DNA of 64,000 nucleotides from Bryobacterales bacterium (GCA_965214915.1 CBDCCP010000003.1:468440-532439); one strand, 5' to 3'; positions 17,646-26,610 are shown, counted from the first letter of the stretch. Translations and numbers: made by a program. Notes: a model not told the origin generated them from the letters alone.

Positions 17646-18113
17646 CTACTCCCCAAGGTCGTCGATGACATCCCGAATATAGTCTCGAAGCCACAGCTCC
17701 GGTTCGGAATGCGACTCGAGGACGTTCCGCATGTCCGGGCCGCCCCACGATTCCGCCGCTTGCACCGCGGCGTCTCGAATCTCCACGTCGGCCATAGCCA
17801 ATCCGCCGCGCACGAGTTCGGCGCGCCATGAACCCGTCCCTGGAGACGTTTGACGCCCCAAGCAACGCAGAACCGATGCCGCAAAGCTCGGCTGCGCAGC
17901 GTCCAGGGAGAAACTCCGCAACCACGCGAAAACAGGCCGGTCCCCGGCGGACCGCAAAGCCTCCGCAAGAATCTCCTCGGTGGGATGATTCATGCCGTCC
18001 TCAAGGGGGGCGGCTTCGAAGGCCGCATGCAGTTTGCCCGCGAGTTGTATCCGTTCCCGCGCCACAGCAGCATCACCCGCTTCGGTCCGGAACAATTCGG
18101 ATTCGACAACCAT
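17646..18113 (-). CDS. Hypothetical alpha-helical (HEAT-like) protein
   Basis: 155 aa; DVEIRDAAVQAAESWGG HEAT-like motif; starts 3 nt after the HEPN gene stop. Confidence 0.65.
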   Translation of the reverse strand: MVVESELFRTEAGDAAVARERIQLAGKLHAAFEAAPLEDGMNHPTEEILAEALRSAGDRPVFAWLRSFSLDAAQPSFAASVLRCLGRQTSPGTGSWRAELVRGGLAMADVEIRDAAVQAAESWGGPDMRNVLESHSEPELWLRDYIRDVIDDLGE

Positions 18114-18116
18114 GAG

Positions 18117-18497
18117 CTACTTCGTTGTTTCCGCTATCTTCTTCAAAGCCGGCAACAATTCCGGAATATCTCTCTGAACGATGTCCCAGATCAGATCGGC
18201 GTCTATCCCCAGGTACCCGTGAACGATGCGATTGCGCGCGCCTACTATCGTTCGCCAGGGGACTTCCGGGTAAGTCTCGCGGACTGCGTTCGGGAGGTGG
18301 GTAGCCGCTTCGCCAATCAACTCGAGGTTCCGTAGAGCCGCATCGTAAGTACGGGAGTCGGCGACGAAAGCGGTTTGGTCCATTCCGGCTGTGTAGGATT
18401 GAACTTTCTCGGCGAATTCGATCATGTCCTCGGCGAATTCGATCATGTCTGTCACGTAGAGACGCCATTGTCGTTGTTCCTGCTCTCTACTACACAT
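18117..18497 (-). CDS. HEPN/DUF86 ribonuclease toxin (HepT-like)
   Basis: RNLELIGEAA, PEVPWRTIVGARNRIVHGY (R-x4-H-x-Y), IWDIV; overlaps the MNT stop; carries an in-frame duplication of DMIEFAE. Confidence 0.92.
   Translation of the reverse strand: MCSREQEQRQWRLYVTDMIEFAEDMIEFAEKVQSYTAGMDQTAFVADSRTYDAALRNLELIGEAATHLPNAVRETYPEVPWRTIVGARNRIVHGYLGIDADLIWDIVQRDIPELLPALKKIAETTK
18408..18449. repeat. Perfect 21-bp tandem duplication inside the HEPN gene
   Basis: CTCGGCGAATTCGATCATGTC twice (18408-18428, 18429-18449). Confidence 0.95.
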
Positions 18498-18780
18498 GGA
18501 CCGCATCCTTCTCGACATAAGGGCGCAACTCCGGGCGCAGCGCCCTATCCGTGACCAGATCGACGGGACAGCCGAGCAGATCCTCCAGATAGAATTGAGC
18601 GCCGAAGTAGCGCTTGGATGTAGTAGGCCCGTTAAAACTGACCAGGATATCGATATCGCTGCCTTCTGTCGTCTGGCCGCGGGCAGTCGATCCGAAAAGC
18701 GCGATATCGACGACGCCGAACCGTTGCGCCAACACAGATTTATGCGCTCGTAACAGCGCCAGCGCCTTATCTCTGGCCAT
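18490..18780 (-). CDS. Minimal nucleotidyltransferase antitoxin (MntA-like)
   Basis: ALFGSTARG...SDIDILV (GS-x10-DxD), LEDLLGCPVDLVT. Confidence 0.92.
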   Translation of the reverse strand: MARDKALALLRAHKSVLAQRFGVVDIALFGSTARGQTTEGSDIDILVSFNGPTTSKRYFGAQFYLEDLLGCPVDLVTDRALRPELRPYVEKDAVHV

Positions 18781-18796
18781 CGATGCCTCTTTCGTA

Positions 18797-18829
18797 CGTG
18801 ACTTCAAACTCCCGGAGTTAGAAGTCACG
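18797..18829. promoter_or_regulatory. 33-bp near-perfect palindrome upstream of the MNT gene
   Basis: CGTGACTTC-A-AACTCC-C-GGAGTT-A-GAAGTCACG. Confidence 0.6.
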
Positions 18830-18856
18830 GCTAGATTCGAGATGGAGCTTCATCAT
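18818..18856 (-). pseudogene. Degenerate copy of the res 5' end
   Basis: (M)MKLHLESSRDF*L versus MKLHFEPNLDFQL of res; ATG overlaps the DUF2806 stop. Confidence 0.6.
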
Positions 18857-19710
18857 TCCGTCTCCGACTTCGGTAAATACTGCTTCCATCGGTCATTAAC
18901 ATACTCCCAGAATCCTTCTACGGACTTGCTTCCGCATATCGGTGCAAGATCCTGGCCGATGCGTGTAAGAAGCGCATTTCCAGTGACAAGTTCGTTGTTG
19001 GCATCTTGGAGCATCTCAAGAGCCAACGGCCTGCCGTAGTAATGCACGGAGAATCTCTTGGGAAGGTTAATTCTTTTGAAGCGAGCCAACCCATCGAATT
19101 TAATAAAACCAATACTGTCGAGGTGATTTAAAGTACCGTGATTAATACCGTGTCTATTATAGATTTCAGCCTTCGCATCAAACACCAGTGGCACCAAACT
19201 TTCAAAATTCCAGACAAACCCGCAGAGTTTTGTGAACAGATCGGCGTCAGTTTTATCGAGATATGAAAGAGAATTGACGGTCCTCTTCAAATAAGTTCCC
19301 GGCTCGTTCGCTTCACCAGCCAGAACCCGCGACCATAGATCCTGCATCTCATTATCAGACACGATTCTACATTTATCGAAAAAGTTGACAGGCCAATCGT
19401 CTTCGATGGAATCCGGTTTCGCGTCTTCATTCAATCCCGGAAAAGCTTTAGCGGTAATATCTTCCATGTTCTTCTGGCGTTGCGCTTCCTCCTCAATAAA
19501 TCGATGCGCGGCTCGTCGATGTAAGTCGGTTACCGCAATTTCAGATTGCGCCTTTATCAACGCTGCTTCTGCCTCAGCCTTTGCAACTCTCTTGATCTGA
19601 TAGGGCGCAAAGAAACCGCCCACTGCGTTCGATACCTTCTTTATCAGGGTATCGGCAGGCTTCGACAGGTCATCCAAACTTACGAGAGAATTGGAAGTAT
19701 TGAGGGGCAT
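18853..19710 (-). CDS. DUF2806-like protein (AT-richer cargo between mod and res)
   Basis: AEAEAALIKA...EEEAQRQKNMEDI...DDW.VNFFDKCRIVSDNEMQDLWSRVLAGEANEPGTY; AAAGGAG RBS; visibly lower GC than the flanks. Confidence 0.8.
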   Translation of the reverse strand: MPLNTSNSLVSLDDLSKPADTLIKKVSNAVGGFFAPYQIKRVAKAEAEAALIKAQSEIAVTDLHRRAAHRFIEEEAQRQKNMEDITAKAFPGLNEDAKPDSIEDDWPVNFFDKCRIVSDNEMQDLWSRVLAGEANEPGTYLKRTVNSLSYLDKTDADLFTKLCGFVWNFESLVPLVFDAKAEIYNRHGINHGTLNHLDSIGFIKFDGLARFKRINLPKRFSVHYYGRPLALEMLQDANNELVTGNALLTRIGQDLAPICGSKSVEGFWEYVNDRWKQYLPKSETE

Positions 19711-19723
19711 GGTGACTCCTTTC

Positions 19724-21691
19724 CTACAGACTCCGCACGTTTTCCAGCCCGTGCTGCTCCAGGATGGCGGCAAGATTGGTCTTGGCTACGTCGTCGGCAA
19801 AGGCGCTGTCGCGGAAGACAATGGTGCTGTCGTCGGTGGACGCCAACTGCTCATGCCATGCGACGATGCCCAGGGCCAGCGGCTCGGCCTCATCCCGAGC
19901 GATGTTCACGTCGAGGCAGGCGACCAACTGGCCGTTGCCGATGCAGAATACGGACTTGCCCGCGATGGCCCGCTTCTGGATGGGTGTACAGAGATCGAAC
20001 CCGAACTTGAGCGACAGTTCGTAAAGGATGTCCAACTCGCCCCGGTCACTCTTAATGTGGTCGATGCTGTCGAGTAAGGTTTCTTCCAGGTCGTTGCAGT
20101 CGAGTTCCCAGGCACGAACGTTGGACTTGTCGAGCTTGAAAACGCGAAAACCGAGATCGCCGGCGAACAGCGGGTTTTCATCGCGGATATTGTTTCCAGC
20201 ACGACGGATACGTTCTTTTGTGAGTTCGGCGATGTTGCATGGTTTGCCGAGTTTGTCACAAAAGTTGGCAGCGGTTTTCTGATCCTTGTCGCTCGGATCG
20301 AGATATTGGGGCAACTGAACGAGAATATACTTTCTCCCGCTGCTATCGGAGGCATTTTGAGCCATGACGGCATGCGCAGTTGTTCCCGAACCGGCAAAGA
20401 AATCAAGGATAATATCGTTCGGTTGCGTAGCCATGAACACACAGCGCTGCAGCATCGCGACCGGTTTCGGGTGATCGAACGCATCGCCCATGTCCATGCG
20501 CCCCAACTCAATGGTTCCTTGCTCATTGATGAACCCAGTTTCCAGCCAGATGGATTTCGGTTTGGTTGTGCTCTTCCGCGATTTCTCGTATACGTTCCAC
20601 TCGCCGTCACGACGTTTTCGCGCGACCAGTACGGGGGAGGCTATGTTCAAATCGTAACCCGATATCTTGTCGCGACTCCATCGCCAACATCCTTCCTCGC
20701 CCCTGCTGTTACGGGGGAGCACCTCAATACAAGCATCACCGACTGGGGTTAGGGATACCCGTGCATAACCACATTCGTCCAGGGTATCGGGGAGAACGTA
20801 AAGAGGAAAAAACAGATTAGGTCTGTTGAAACGACTAAACTTCGGATTTCGATTACGTAACTCCCAAAGATCGAAAGGTCCAAACGAGTCGCTGAACGGA
20901 AGAGCGCCGTCCGGTTTTTCTAACTCATTCAACACCGCGGAATCTCCTTTCGAGTAGAGAACAAGGAATTCGTGAGTCTTGGCGATTTGTTTATATGTCT
21001 GGCCTCGTTTGTTGGATTGAACAATGACTTGCGCTTGAAACTGCTCTTCGCCGAAAACTTCATCCATGATGCGGCGGAGGTTTCCTGCTTCCGTGTCGTC
21101 AACCGAAACAGCAATGAATCCGTCACCGGCAAGCAGGTTTCTCGCCAATTTTAACCGCGGATACATCATGTTCAACCAGTCGGTATGGAACCGTCCCGAG
21201 GCTTCCGTATTGGACGACAGCTTGCGGTTCTCGCCGTCGATCTGGCCGGTCAGTTCCAGGTAGTTTTTGATGTTGTCGCGGTAGTCGTCGGGATACACAA
21301 AGTCTTTCCCCGTGTTATACGGCGGGTCGATATAGATCAGCTTGACTTTCCCGGCGTAGCTTTTCTGCAGCAGCTTGAGCACTTCCAGATTGTCGCCCTC
21401 GATCATCAGGTTTTGCGTGGTGTCCCAATCGACGCTTTCCTCCGGGCAGGGGCGCAGCGTGCCGGTCGAAGGCGTCAGCGCGAGTTGCCGGGCGCGGCGC
21501 TTGCCGTGCCAATTCAGGCCGTACTTCTCCTCGCGCTCTTCAACTTCGCCGCCGAGAAGCTGCTTGAGCGTTTCGAAGTCGATCTTCCCCTCGGCACACG
21601 CCTCGGGAAACAGAGCCCTCAGGCGCTCCACGTTCCCGGCAACGATGTCCGTCGAGCGCGTCTCCGGGTCGTCTGTGGAGAGCTTTTTCAC
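19724..21691 (-). CDS. mod: Type III RM methyltransferase, Mod subunit
   Basis: EKYGLNWHGK, IEGDNLEVLK, IYIDPPYNTG, HTDWLNMMYPRL, FDHPKP, LDFFAGSGTT; AT-richer central target-recognition region; GTG start with GAGGAGG RBS. Confidence 0.95.
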   Translation of the reverse strand: MKKLSTDDPETRSTDIVAGNVERLRALFPEACAEGKIDFETLKQLLGGEVEEREEKYGLNWHGKRRARQLALTPSTGTLRPCPEESVDWDTTQNLMIEGDNLEVLKLLQKSYAGKVKLIYIDPPYNTGKDFVYPDDYRDNIKNYLELTGQIDGENRKLSSNTEASGRFHTDWLNMMYPRLKLARNLLAGDGFIAVSVDDTEAGNLRRIMDEVFGEEQFQAQVIVQSNKRGQTYKQIAKTHEFLVLYSKGDSAVLNELEKPDGALPFSDSFGPFDLWELRNRNPKFSRFNRPNLFFPLYVLPDTLDECGYARVSLTPVGDACIEVLPRNSRGEEGCWRWSRDKISGYDLNIASPVLVARKRRDGEWNVYEKSRKSTTKPKSIWLETGFINEQGTIELGRMDMGDAFDHPKPVAMLQRCVFMATQPNDIILDFFAGSGTTAHAVMAQNASDSSGRKYILVQLPQYLDPSDKDQKTAANFCDKLGKPCNIAELTKERIRRAGNNIRDENPLFAGDLGFRVFKLDKSNVRAWELDCNDLEETLLDSIDHIKSDRGELDILYELSLKFGFDLCTPIQKRAIAGKSVFCIGNGQLVACLDVNIARDEAEPLALGIVAWHEQLASTDDSTIVFRDSAFADDVAKTNLAAILEQHGLENVRSL

Positions 21692-21713
21692 GCGGCCTCC
21701 TCAGTTCGATGGA

Positions 21714-21929
21714 TCAGACCGCCTTGTACGCGCGCACGGGCAGCGCTTCCGTTTCCAACGTGGAAAGATCGAGGAGCTTGGAGGCGCGATCGATGTCAAA
21801 ACCCATGACATCCCCGGTGGCGTCAAGATCGACATTGAGCCCATCCGCAACTTCGCGCGTCTCGACGCCCGGCCCGGCCTTGAACTCGACATACAGACTG
21901 TCGGTTTCGGGATAGTAGCGCAGCTTCAT
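21714..21929 (-). CDS. DUF2283-family small protein (TA-associated; usual partner gene absent)
   Basis: MKLRYYPETDSLYVEF...VETREVADGLNVDLD..GDVMGFDID. Confidence 0.85.
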   Translation of the reverse strand: MKLRYYPETDSLYVEFKAGPGVETREVADGLNVDLDATGDVMGFDIDRASKLLDLSTLETEALPVRAYKAV

Positions 21930-21948
21930 GGTTTTTTTGAAGTATGCG

Positions 21949-21981
21949 CGCGCTGCATTTAATCCGCAGCGAGCAACTCAT
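21949..21981 (-). pseudogene. N-terminal stub of a RelE/ParE toxin
   Basis: ATG inside the antitoxin 3' end reads MSCSLRIKCSA, resembling MSYSLRIKxSA of RelE; similarity ends there. Confidence 0.6.
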
Positions 21982-22180
21982 GCCTGACCCGATTCCAGTC
22001 CAGGACCGGGTCGGCGGGATCGCGAAGCCGCTCCAGAGCTACGGCGATGTCGTCGAAGTCTTCCAGATACCGCTCCAAGGCTTGGCGCACGATGTCGGCG
22101 CGGCTCCGCTTGAGTTCCGCGGCGGCTGCATCCAGCGCTTCGACGAGTTCATCGGACAGACGTGCGGTTATTCGGCGCAT
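21959..22180 (-). CDS. RelB/CopG-like RHH antitoxin
   Basis: MRRITARLSDELVEALDAAAAELKRSRADIVRQALERYLEDFDD...DPVLDW; alternative in-frame ATG at 22204. Confidence 0.88.
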   Translation of the reverse strand: MRRITARLSDELVEALDAAAAELKRSRADIVRQALERYLEDFDDIAVALERLRDPADPVLDWNRVRHELLAAD

Positions 22181-22200
22181 ACGCCCCCCTTCATTCGATT

Positions 22201-22275
22201 TCATACGGTTCCGGACGTCGCTGTCAAGAACACATCGGCGGCGGCGAACAGGATGTCACCGGCCGTCGCCGCCAT
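22201..22275 (-). pseudogene. Degenerate N-terminal stub of a PIN toxin
   Basis: MAATAGDILFAAADVFLTATSGTV* resembles ...ILFVDTNVLLTAT; overlaps the FitA-like gene end; its TGA overlaps the ATG at 22204. Confidence 0.55.
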
Positions 22276-22486
22276 AGATCGCGTCTCTGCTCCACGATGC
22301 CTCGCGGCCGGTCTGGACCGTCACCAGATCGAGCGCAGGCGCTTCCGCCTCGGGCGGCGCCATTTCGGCGGCACGGTCGAGGATAATACGCAACTCGTCC
22401 TGCAGCGAGCGGCCATGGCTGCGCGCCAAACGTTGCAGCGCATGGAGCGTGCGCGGCTCTATATCTTCGATGCGCAGCGAACTCAT
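22256..22486 (-). CDS. FitA/Arc-like RHH antitoxin
   Basis: MSSLRIEDIEPRTLHALQRLARSHGRSLQDELRIIL...WSRDAIY; TACACT ends 6 nt before the ATG, suggesting a leaderless transcript. Confidence 0.85.
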   Translation of the reverse strand: MSSLRIEDIEPRTLHALQRLARSHGRSLQDELRIILDRAAEMAPPEAEAPALDLVTVQTGREASWSRDAIYGGDGR

Positions 22487-22532
22487 ACCGATAGTGTAGA
22501 GATATGCTTTCCTTAGCGGGCAGCGGCGAAGC

Positions 22533-23537
22533 ATGACCTTGACGGCGATGGCGATGGGCTACTTCCGCAGCCGCGCGCTCTGCGCGGCCGCGCGGCTGGG
22601 CGTCGCCGACGCGCTCGGCAGCGGCGAGCGCTCCGTGGAGCGGCTGGCCGCCGCCTGCCGCGCCGACCCGGTCGCCCTGCGCCGTCTGCTGCGCGCTCTG
22701 GCGAGCTTCGGCATCGCGGTCGAGACCCGGCCCGGCTTCTTCCGTCTGACGGAACGCGGCATGCCCCTGCGCAAGGACGCCCCGCATTCGGAATGGGCCG
22801 CAGTCGTCTTCTGGGCCGACCTGCTCGCTGACGAGTGGCGCCGGCTTGCCGAGTGCGTCCGGGAAGGAAAACCGGCGGCGGACGTGCGGCCCGCGGGCGC
22901 CGCGCGGCTCTGGGAGGAAGACCCCCAAGCGCCGCAAATCTTCCGCGCCGTGATGGGCACGGCGCCCGCGGAAGACTACATGCCGCTCGCGCGGGCGTGG
23001 GACTTCTCCCAATACCGCCTGGTTGCCGACCTCGGCTGCGGCGGGGGCGCTCTGACCGCGGCGATTCTCGGCGCCTGCCCCAACGTGCGCGGCCTGCTCG
23101 TCGACCGGCCCGAAGCCGTCGCCAAGGCGGCCGCCCGCCTGCGGGCCGAGGGGCTCGGCGCGCGCTGCGATTTCACGGCGGCCGATTTGCTGGAGCATGT
23201 CCCGCCCGGCGCGGACGTTCACGTTTTGAAGAGCGTGCTGCACGGCTATGCGGACGAAGACGCCGCCGCGATTCTGCGCCGCTGCCGGGACGCCCTTCCC
23301 GCCAACGGCCGCCTGCTGTTGATCGAGTTCGTTTTGCCGGAAGTCGTCGACCGGCCCGACGAGGGTCTCGAACAGAGGCTGATGAGCGACCTCAACATGC
23401 TGGCCGTGACCGGAGGAAGGGAGCGCACCGCGGCGGAATGGAAAAGCCTGCTGCGCCAAGCCCGCTTCGATTACCTGTCGTCGACCGAGGCGGCGCCGCA
23501 AGCGGCTGCGATCATCGAAGCGGCGCCCAGCGGTTGA
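22533..23537 (+). CDS. SAM-dependent O-methyltransferase (COMT/ASMT-like)
   Basis: N-terminal dimerisation HTH (AAARLGVADAL), ADLGCGGG, LKSVLHG, DLNML..GGRERT. Confidence 0.9.
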   Translation: MTLTAMAMGYFRSRALCAAARLGVADALGSGERSVERLAAACRADPVALRRLLRALASFGIAVETRPGFFRLTERGMPLRKDAPHSEWAAVVFWADLLADEWRRLAECVREGKPAADVRPAGAARLWEEDPQAPQIFRAVMGTAPAEDYMPLARAWDFSQYRLVADLGCGGGALTAAILGACPNVRGLLVDRPEAVAKAAARLRAEGLGARCDFTAADLLEHVPPGADVHVLKSVLHGYADEDAAAILRRCRDALPANGRLLLIEFVLPEVVDRPDEGLEQRLMSDLNMLAVTGGRERTAAEWKSLLRQARFDYLSSTEAAPQAAAIIEAAPSG

Positions 23538-23568
23538 CGGCGGAATCTTGCTAAGATGCCGCTCAGCC

Positions 23569-24726
23569 ATGACCATCACACGGCGGACATTCGCCGCCGC
23601 CTGCTTCCCGGGCCTGGCCCTTGCGCAGCGGCGGGGCATGGATCAACGAGTCGTGTTCGCCGCGGGCGAAGACGGCTACCACACATACCGCATCCCCGCT
23701 CTGCTGCCCACGCCGCAAGGGACGCTCCTGGCGTTTTGCGAAGGCCGCCGAGACGGCCGCGGCGACAGCGGCGCCATCGACCTTGTCGTAAAGCGCTCGG
23801 ACGACGGGGGCGCCGCGTGGTCGCCCCCGCGGGTCGTTTGGAGCGACGAGGGCAACACTTGCGGAAACCCGTGTCCGGTTGTCGACGCCCGGACGGGACG
23901 CATCCTGCTGCCGATGACCTGGAACCGCGGCGAAGACGGCGGCCGCGAATTGCACAACGGAACCGCGAAGGGCGCGCGCAAAGTCTACCTGACGCATTCC
24001 GCCGACGACGGCAAGAGTTGGGCGCCGGCGCGGGACATCACGGCGCAGGCCAAGAGCGGCGACTGGTGGTGGTACGCCACCGGGCCGGGGACGGCGATTC
24101 AGATCCGCAACGGCGGCCGCGCCGGGCGCATCGTCGTGCCGGCGAACCACACGTCGCAGCGGAACGGGTTCGCCGCCCACGTTATTTTCTCCGATGACGG
24201 CGGCGGCTCGTGGCGGCGCAGCTCGGTCATTGCGCCGGCCTGCAACGAGAGCCAGGTTGTCGAGCTGAGCGGCGGCCGCCTGCTAATGAACATGCGCAGC
24301 CAGTCGTTCACCGGCGAAGAGCGCACGGGATACCGCTCGATTGCTTTCAGCTCCGACGGCGGGGAAACTTGGACACAACCGCATTTCGACGCGCATCTGG
24401 GCGATCCGCAAGTGCAGGCCAGCCTGATCCGCTACTCCTGGCCCGATGGGGAGGGCGGCGGAGCGCTGCTGTTCGCCAATCCCAGCCCGCCGATCTCGCC
24501 CGAGCGTGGCAAGCGCATCCGCATGACGGTGCGCCTGAGCCGCGACGGCGGCCGGACGTGGCCGGCGAAGCTCCCGGTACACGAAGGCCCGGCGGCCTAT
24601 TCGAGCCTGGCGCGTCTGCCCGACGGCTCGATAGGGCTGCTGTACGAGGCCGGCGAGCAACACGCCTATGAGAGCATCCGCTTGGCGCGCTTCCCGCTCG
24701 ACCTGCTGGAGGACGGCAAGACATGA
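23569..24726 (+). CDS. Sialidase (GH33-like, Asp-box), Tat-type leader
   Basis: TRRTF leader, YRIP motif, several S-x-D-x-G-x-x-W Asp boxes, CNE, AYS. Confidence 0.9.
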   Translation: MTITRRTFAAACFPGLALAQRRGMDQRVVFAAGEDGYHTYRIPALLPTPQGTLLAFCEGRRDGRGDSGAIDLVVKRSDDGGAAWSPPRVVWSDEGNTCGNPCPVVDARTGRILLPMTWNRGEDGGRELHNGTAKGARKVYLTHSADDGKSWAPARDITAQAKSGDWWWYATGPGTAIQIRNGGRAGRIVVPANHTSQRNGFAAHVIFSDDGGGSWRRSSVIAPACNESQVVELSGGRLLMNMRSQSFTGEERTGYRSIAFSSDGGETWTQPHFDAHLGDPQVQASLIRYSWPDGEGGGALLFANPSPPISPERGKRIRMTVRLSRDGGRTWPAKLPVHEGPAAYSSLARLPDGSIGLLYEAGEQHAYESIRLARFPLDLLEDGKT

Positions 24727-26174
24727 GCCGGCGAGCGGCGGCGGCGCTGCTGTTGTTGGCCGCGGCGGCCTGCGTCCGGCCGGCGGCCGATCGGGGCCGG
24801 GCGGCCCGGCCGAACGTGCTGTTCCTCAGCGTGGACGACATGAACGACTGGGTCGGCGTTCTGGGCTACGAGCCGGCGCGGACGCCCAACATCGATCGGC
24901 TCGCCGCGCGGGGCACGCTGTTCGCCAACGCTCACGCCCCCTCTCCGAAGTGCAACCCTTCGCGCACCGCGATTCTCTCCGGGCTGCGGCCGTCCACCAC
25001 GGGAATCTACGGCAACGGCGAATGGTGGAAGCCGAACCTCCCCGAGGCCGTGATGCTGCCGCGCTACTTCAAGGACAACGGCTACTACGCGGCGGGCGGC
25101 GGCAAGGTTTTTCATCACACGCCGGGCTTCAATCCGCCCGATTCGTGGGACGAATACTTCGATCTGCAGGGCGATCTGAAGTCCGCGGATTTTCTGGTTC
25201 CCTACCGCCGGCCCGATCATCTGACGAGCTTCGATTGGGGGCCGCTCGACCGCGCGGATATGGAGATGGGCGACGGGGCGACGGTCCGTTGGGCCGAGGA
25301 ATTTCTGGCGCGCAAACACGAACGGCCGTTTTTCCTCGCCGTGGGGCTGTTTCAGCCGCATCTGCCGTTCTATGCGCCGCGGGCGCGGTACGACGCGGTC
25401 GGGCCGGGCGAAGCGCCGCTCCCGCAGGATAAGCCCGGCGATCTCGACGACGTGCCGCCGGCGGGCCGCAAGATGGCGGCCTTCCGCACGAACGACCTGG
25501 AGTTGATTCTCGAGCACGGCGATCTCGACGACGTGGTCCGCGCCTACACGGCCTGCATCCGTCACGCGGACGCGCTGATCGGCCGCCTGCTCGACGCGCT
25601 CGACGCCGGCGCTTACGCCGAAAACACGATCGTCGTGTTCTGGTCCGACCACGGCTACCACTTCGGCGAAAAGCATCACTTCGCAAAAAATACGCTTTGG
25701 GAGCGGTCGTCGCGCGTGCCCCTGGCAATCGTTGCGCCGGGAGTGACCAGGCCGAAGACCGTCTCCACGCGGCCCGTCAGCCTGCTGGACCTGTATCCGA
25801 CGTTGTTGGATTTGAGCGGTCTGCCGCCTCGGGAAACCCTCGAAGGCGTCAGCCTGCGTCCGCTGCTCGAAGACCCGAACCGGGAATGGGAGCGTCCGGC
25901 CGTCATGACCTTCGGCCGCGGCAACCATGCCGTCCGCTCGGAGCGTTACCGCTATATCCGCTACGCCGACGGCGGCGAGGAACTGTACGACCACGCGCGC
26001 GACCCTCATGAATGGACGAATCTCGCCGCCGACCCCGCCTACGCCGAGGTCATCGAGCGGCACGCGCGGCGGTTGCCCGCGCGCAACGCGCCGGCGGCGC
26101 TGCCCAAAAGAGCCTTCGAGTTCGACCCCCAAAGCTATACGTGGCGGCGCAAGTCCAAAACCGAAAAGCCATGA
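24723..26174 (+). CDS. Sulfatase (iduronate/choline sulfatase-like), probable lipoprotein
   Basis: PNVLFLSVDD, CNPSR formylglycine motif, GKVFH, PHLP, SDHG. Confidence 0.92.
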   Translation: MSRRAAAALLLLAAAACVRPAADRGRAARPNVLFLSVDDMNDWVGVLGYEPARTPNIDRLAARGTLFANAHAPSPKCNPSRTAILSGLRPSTTGIYGNGEWWKPNLPEAVMLPRYFKDNGYYAAGGGKVFHHTPGFNPPDSWDEYFDLQGDLKSADFLVPYRRPDHLTSFDWGPLDRADMEMGDGATVRWAEEFLARKHERPFFLAVGLFQPHLPFYAPRARYDAVGPGEAPLPQDKPGDLDDVPPAGRKMAAFRTNDLELILEHGDLDDVVRAYTACIRHADALIGRLLDALDAGAYAENTIVVFWSDHGYHFGEKHHFAKNTLWERSSRVPLAIVAPGVTRPKTVSTRPVSLLDLYPTLLDLSGLPPRETLEGVSLRPLLEDPNREWERPAVMTFGRGNHAVRSERYRYIRYADGGEELYDHARDPHEWTNLAADPAYAEVIERHARRLPARNAPAALPKRAFEFDPQSYTWRRKSKTEKP

Positions 26175-26503
26175 AGCGCTTCGGCATTTCCGAACTGAAC
26201 TCTCGACGGAGCGAGTCGCGGAAAAGCTACCTCGAATTTCTGAGAGCCCAAACGCTCAGCACGGGGTTGTACGTGTTGCGCGCCGGCGAGCAGGACCCGC
26301 AGCAGCCTCACGCCGAAGACGAGGTCTATTACGTCATCCGCGGGCGGGCCCGGTTCCGGGCGGCCGGAGAGGATTGCGCCGTCGAGAGCGGTTCCGTTTT
26401 ATTCGTCCCGGCTGGCGTCGAGCACGCATTCCATGAAATCGAGGACGAGTTACACGCGCTCGTCTTCTTCGCGCCGCCCGAAGGGACCGGCAAGATCGAG
26501 TAG
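26171..26503 (+). CDS. Cupin-domain protein
   Basis: QQPHAEDEVYYV and GSVLFVPAGVEHAF cupin motifs; ATGA overlap with the sulfatase. Confidence 0.85.
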   Translation: MKRFGISELNSRRSESRKSYLEFLRAQTLSTGLYVLRAGEQDPQQPHAEDEVYYVIRGRARFRAAGEDCAVESGSVLFVPAGVEHAFHEIEDELHALVFFAPPEGTGKIE

Positions 26504-26610
26504 CCGCCCGCGCAGACGCGCCCCGACAGCCGGCGCCTGTCCCAACCGCTTCGACGCCGCCGAACAGGCCGGCTCCGCTTTGTTCGCGAATCCGTCTAAG
26601 GGCAACAGAA

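Noticed and set aside
18797-18829. Possible integron attC site (AAC...GTT palindrome)
   Set aside because: Too short at 33 bp, core sites do not fit RYYYAAC/GTTRRRY, not repeated between the other genes, and no integron integrase in the window.
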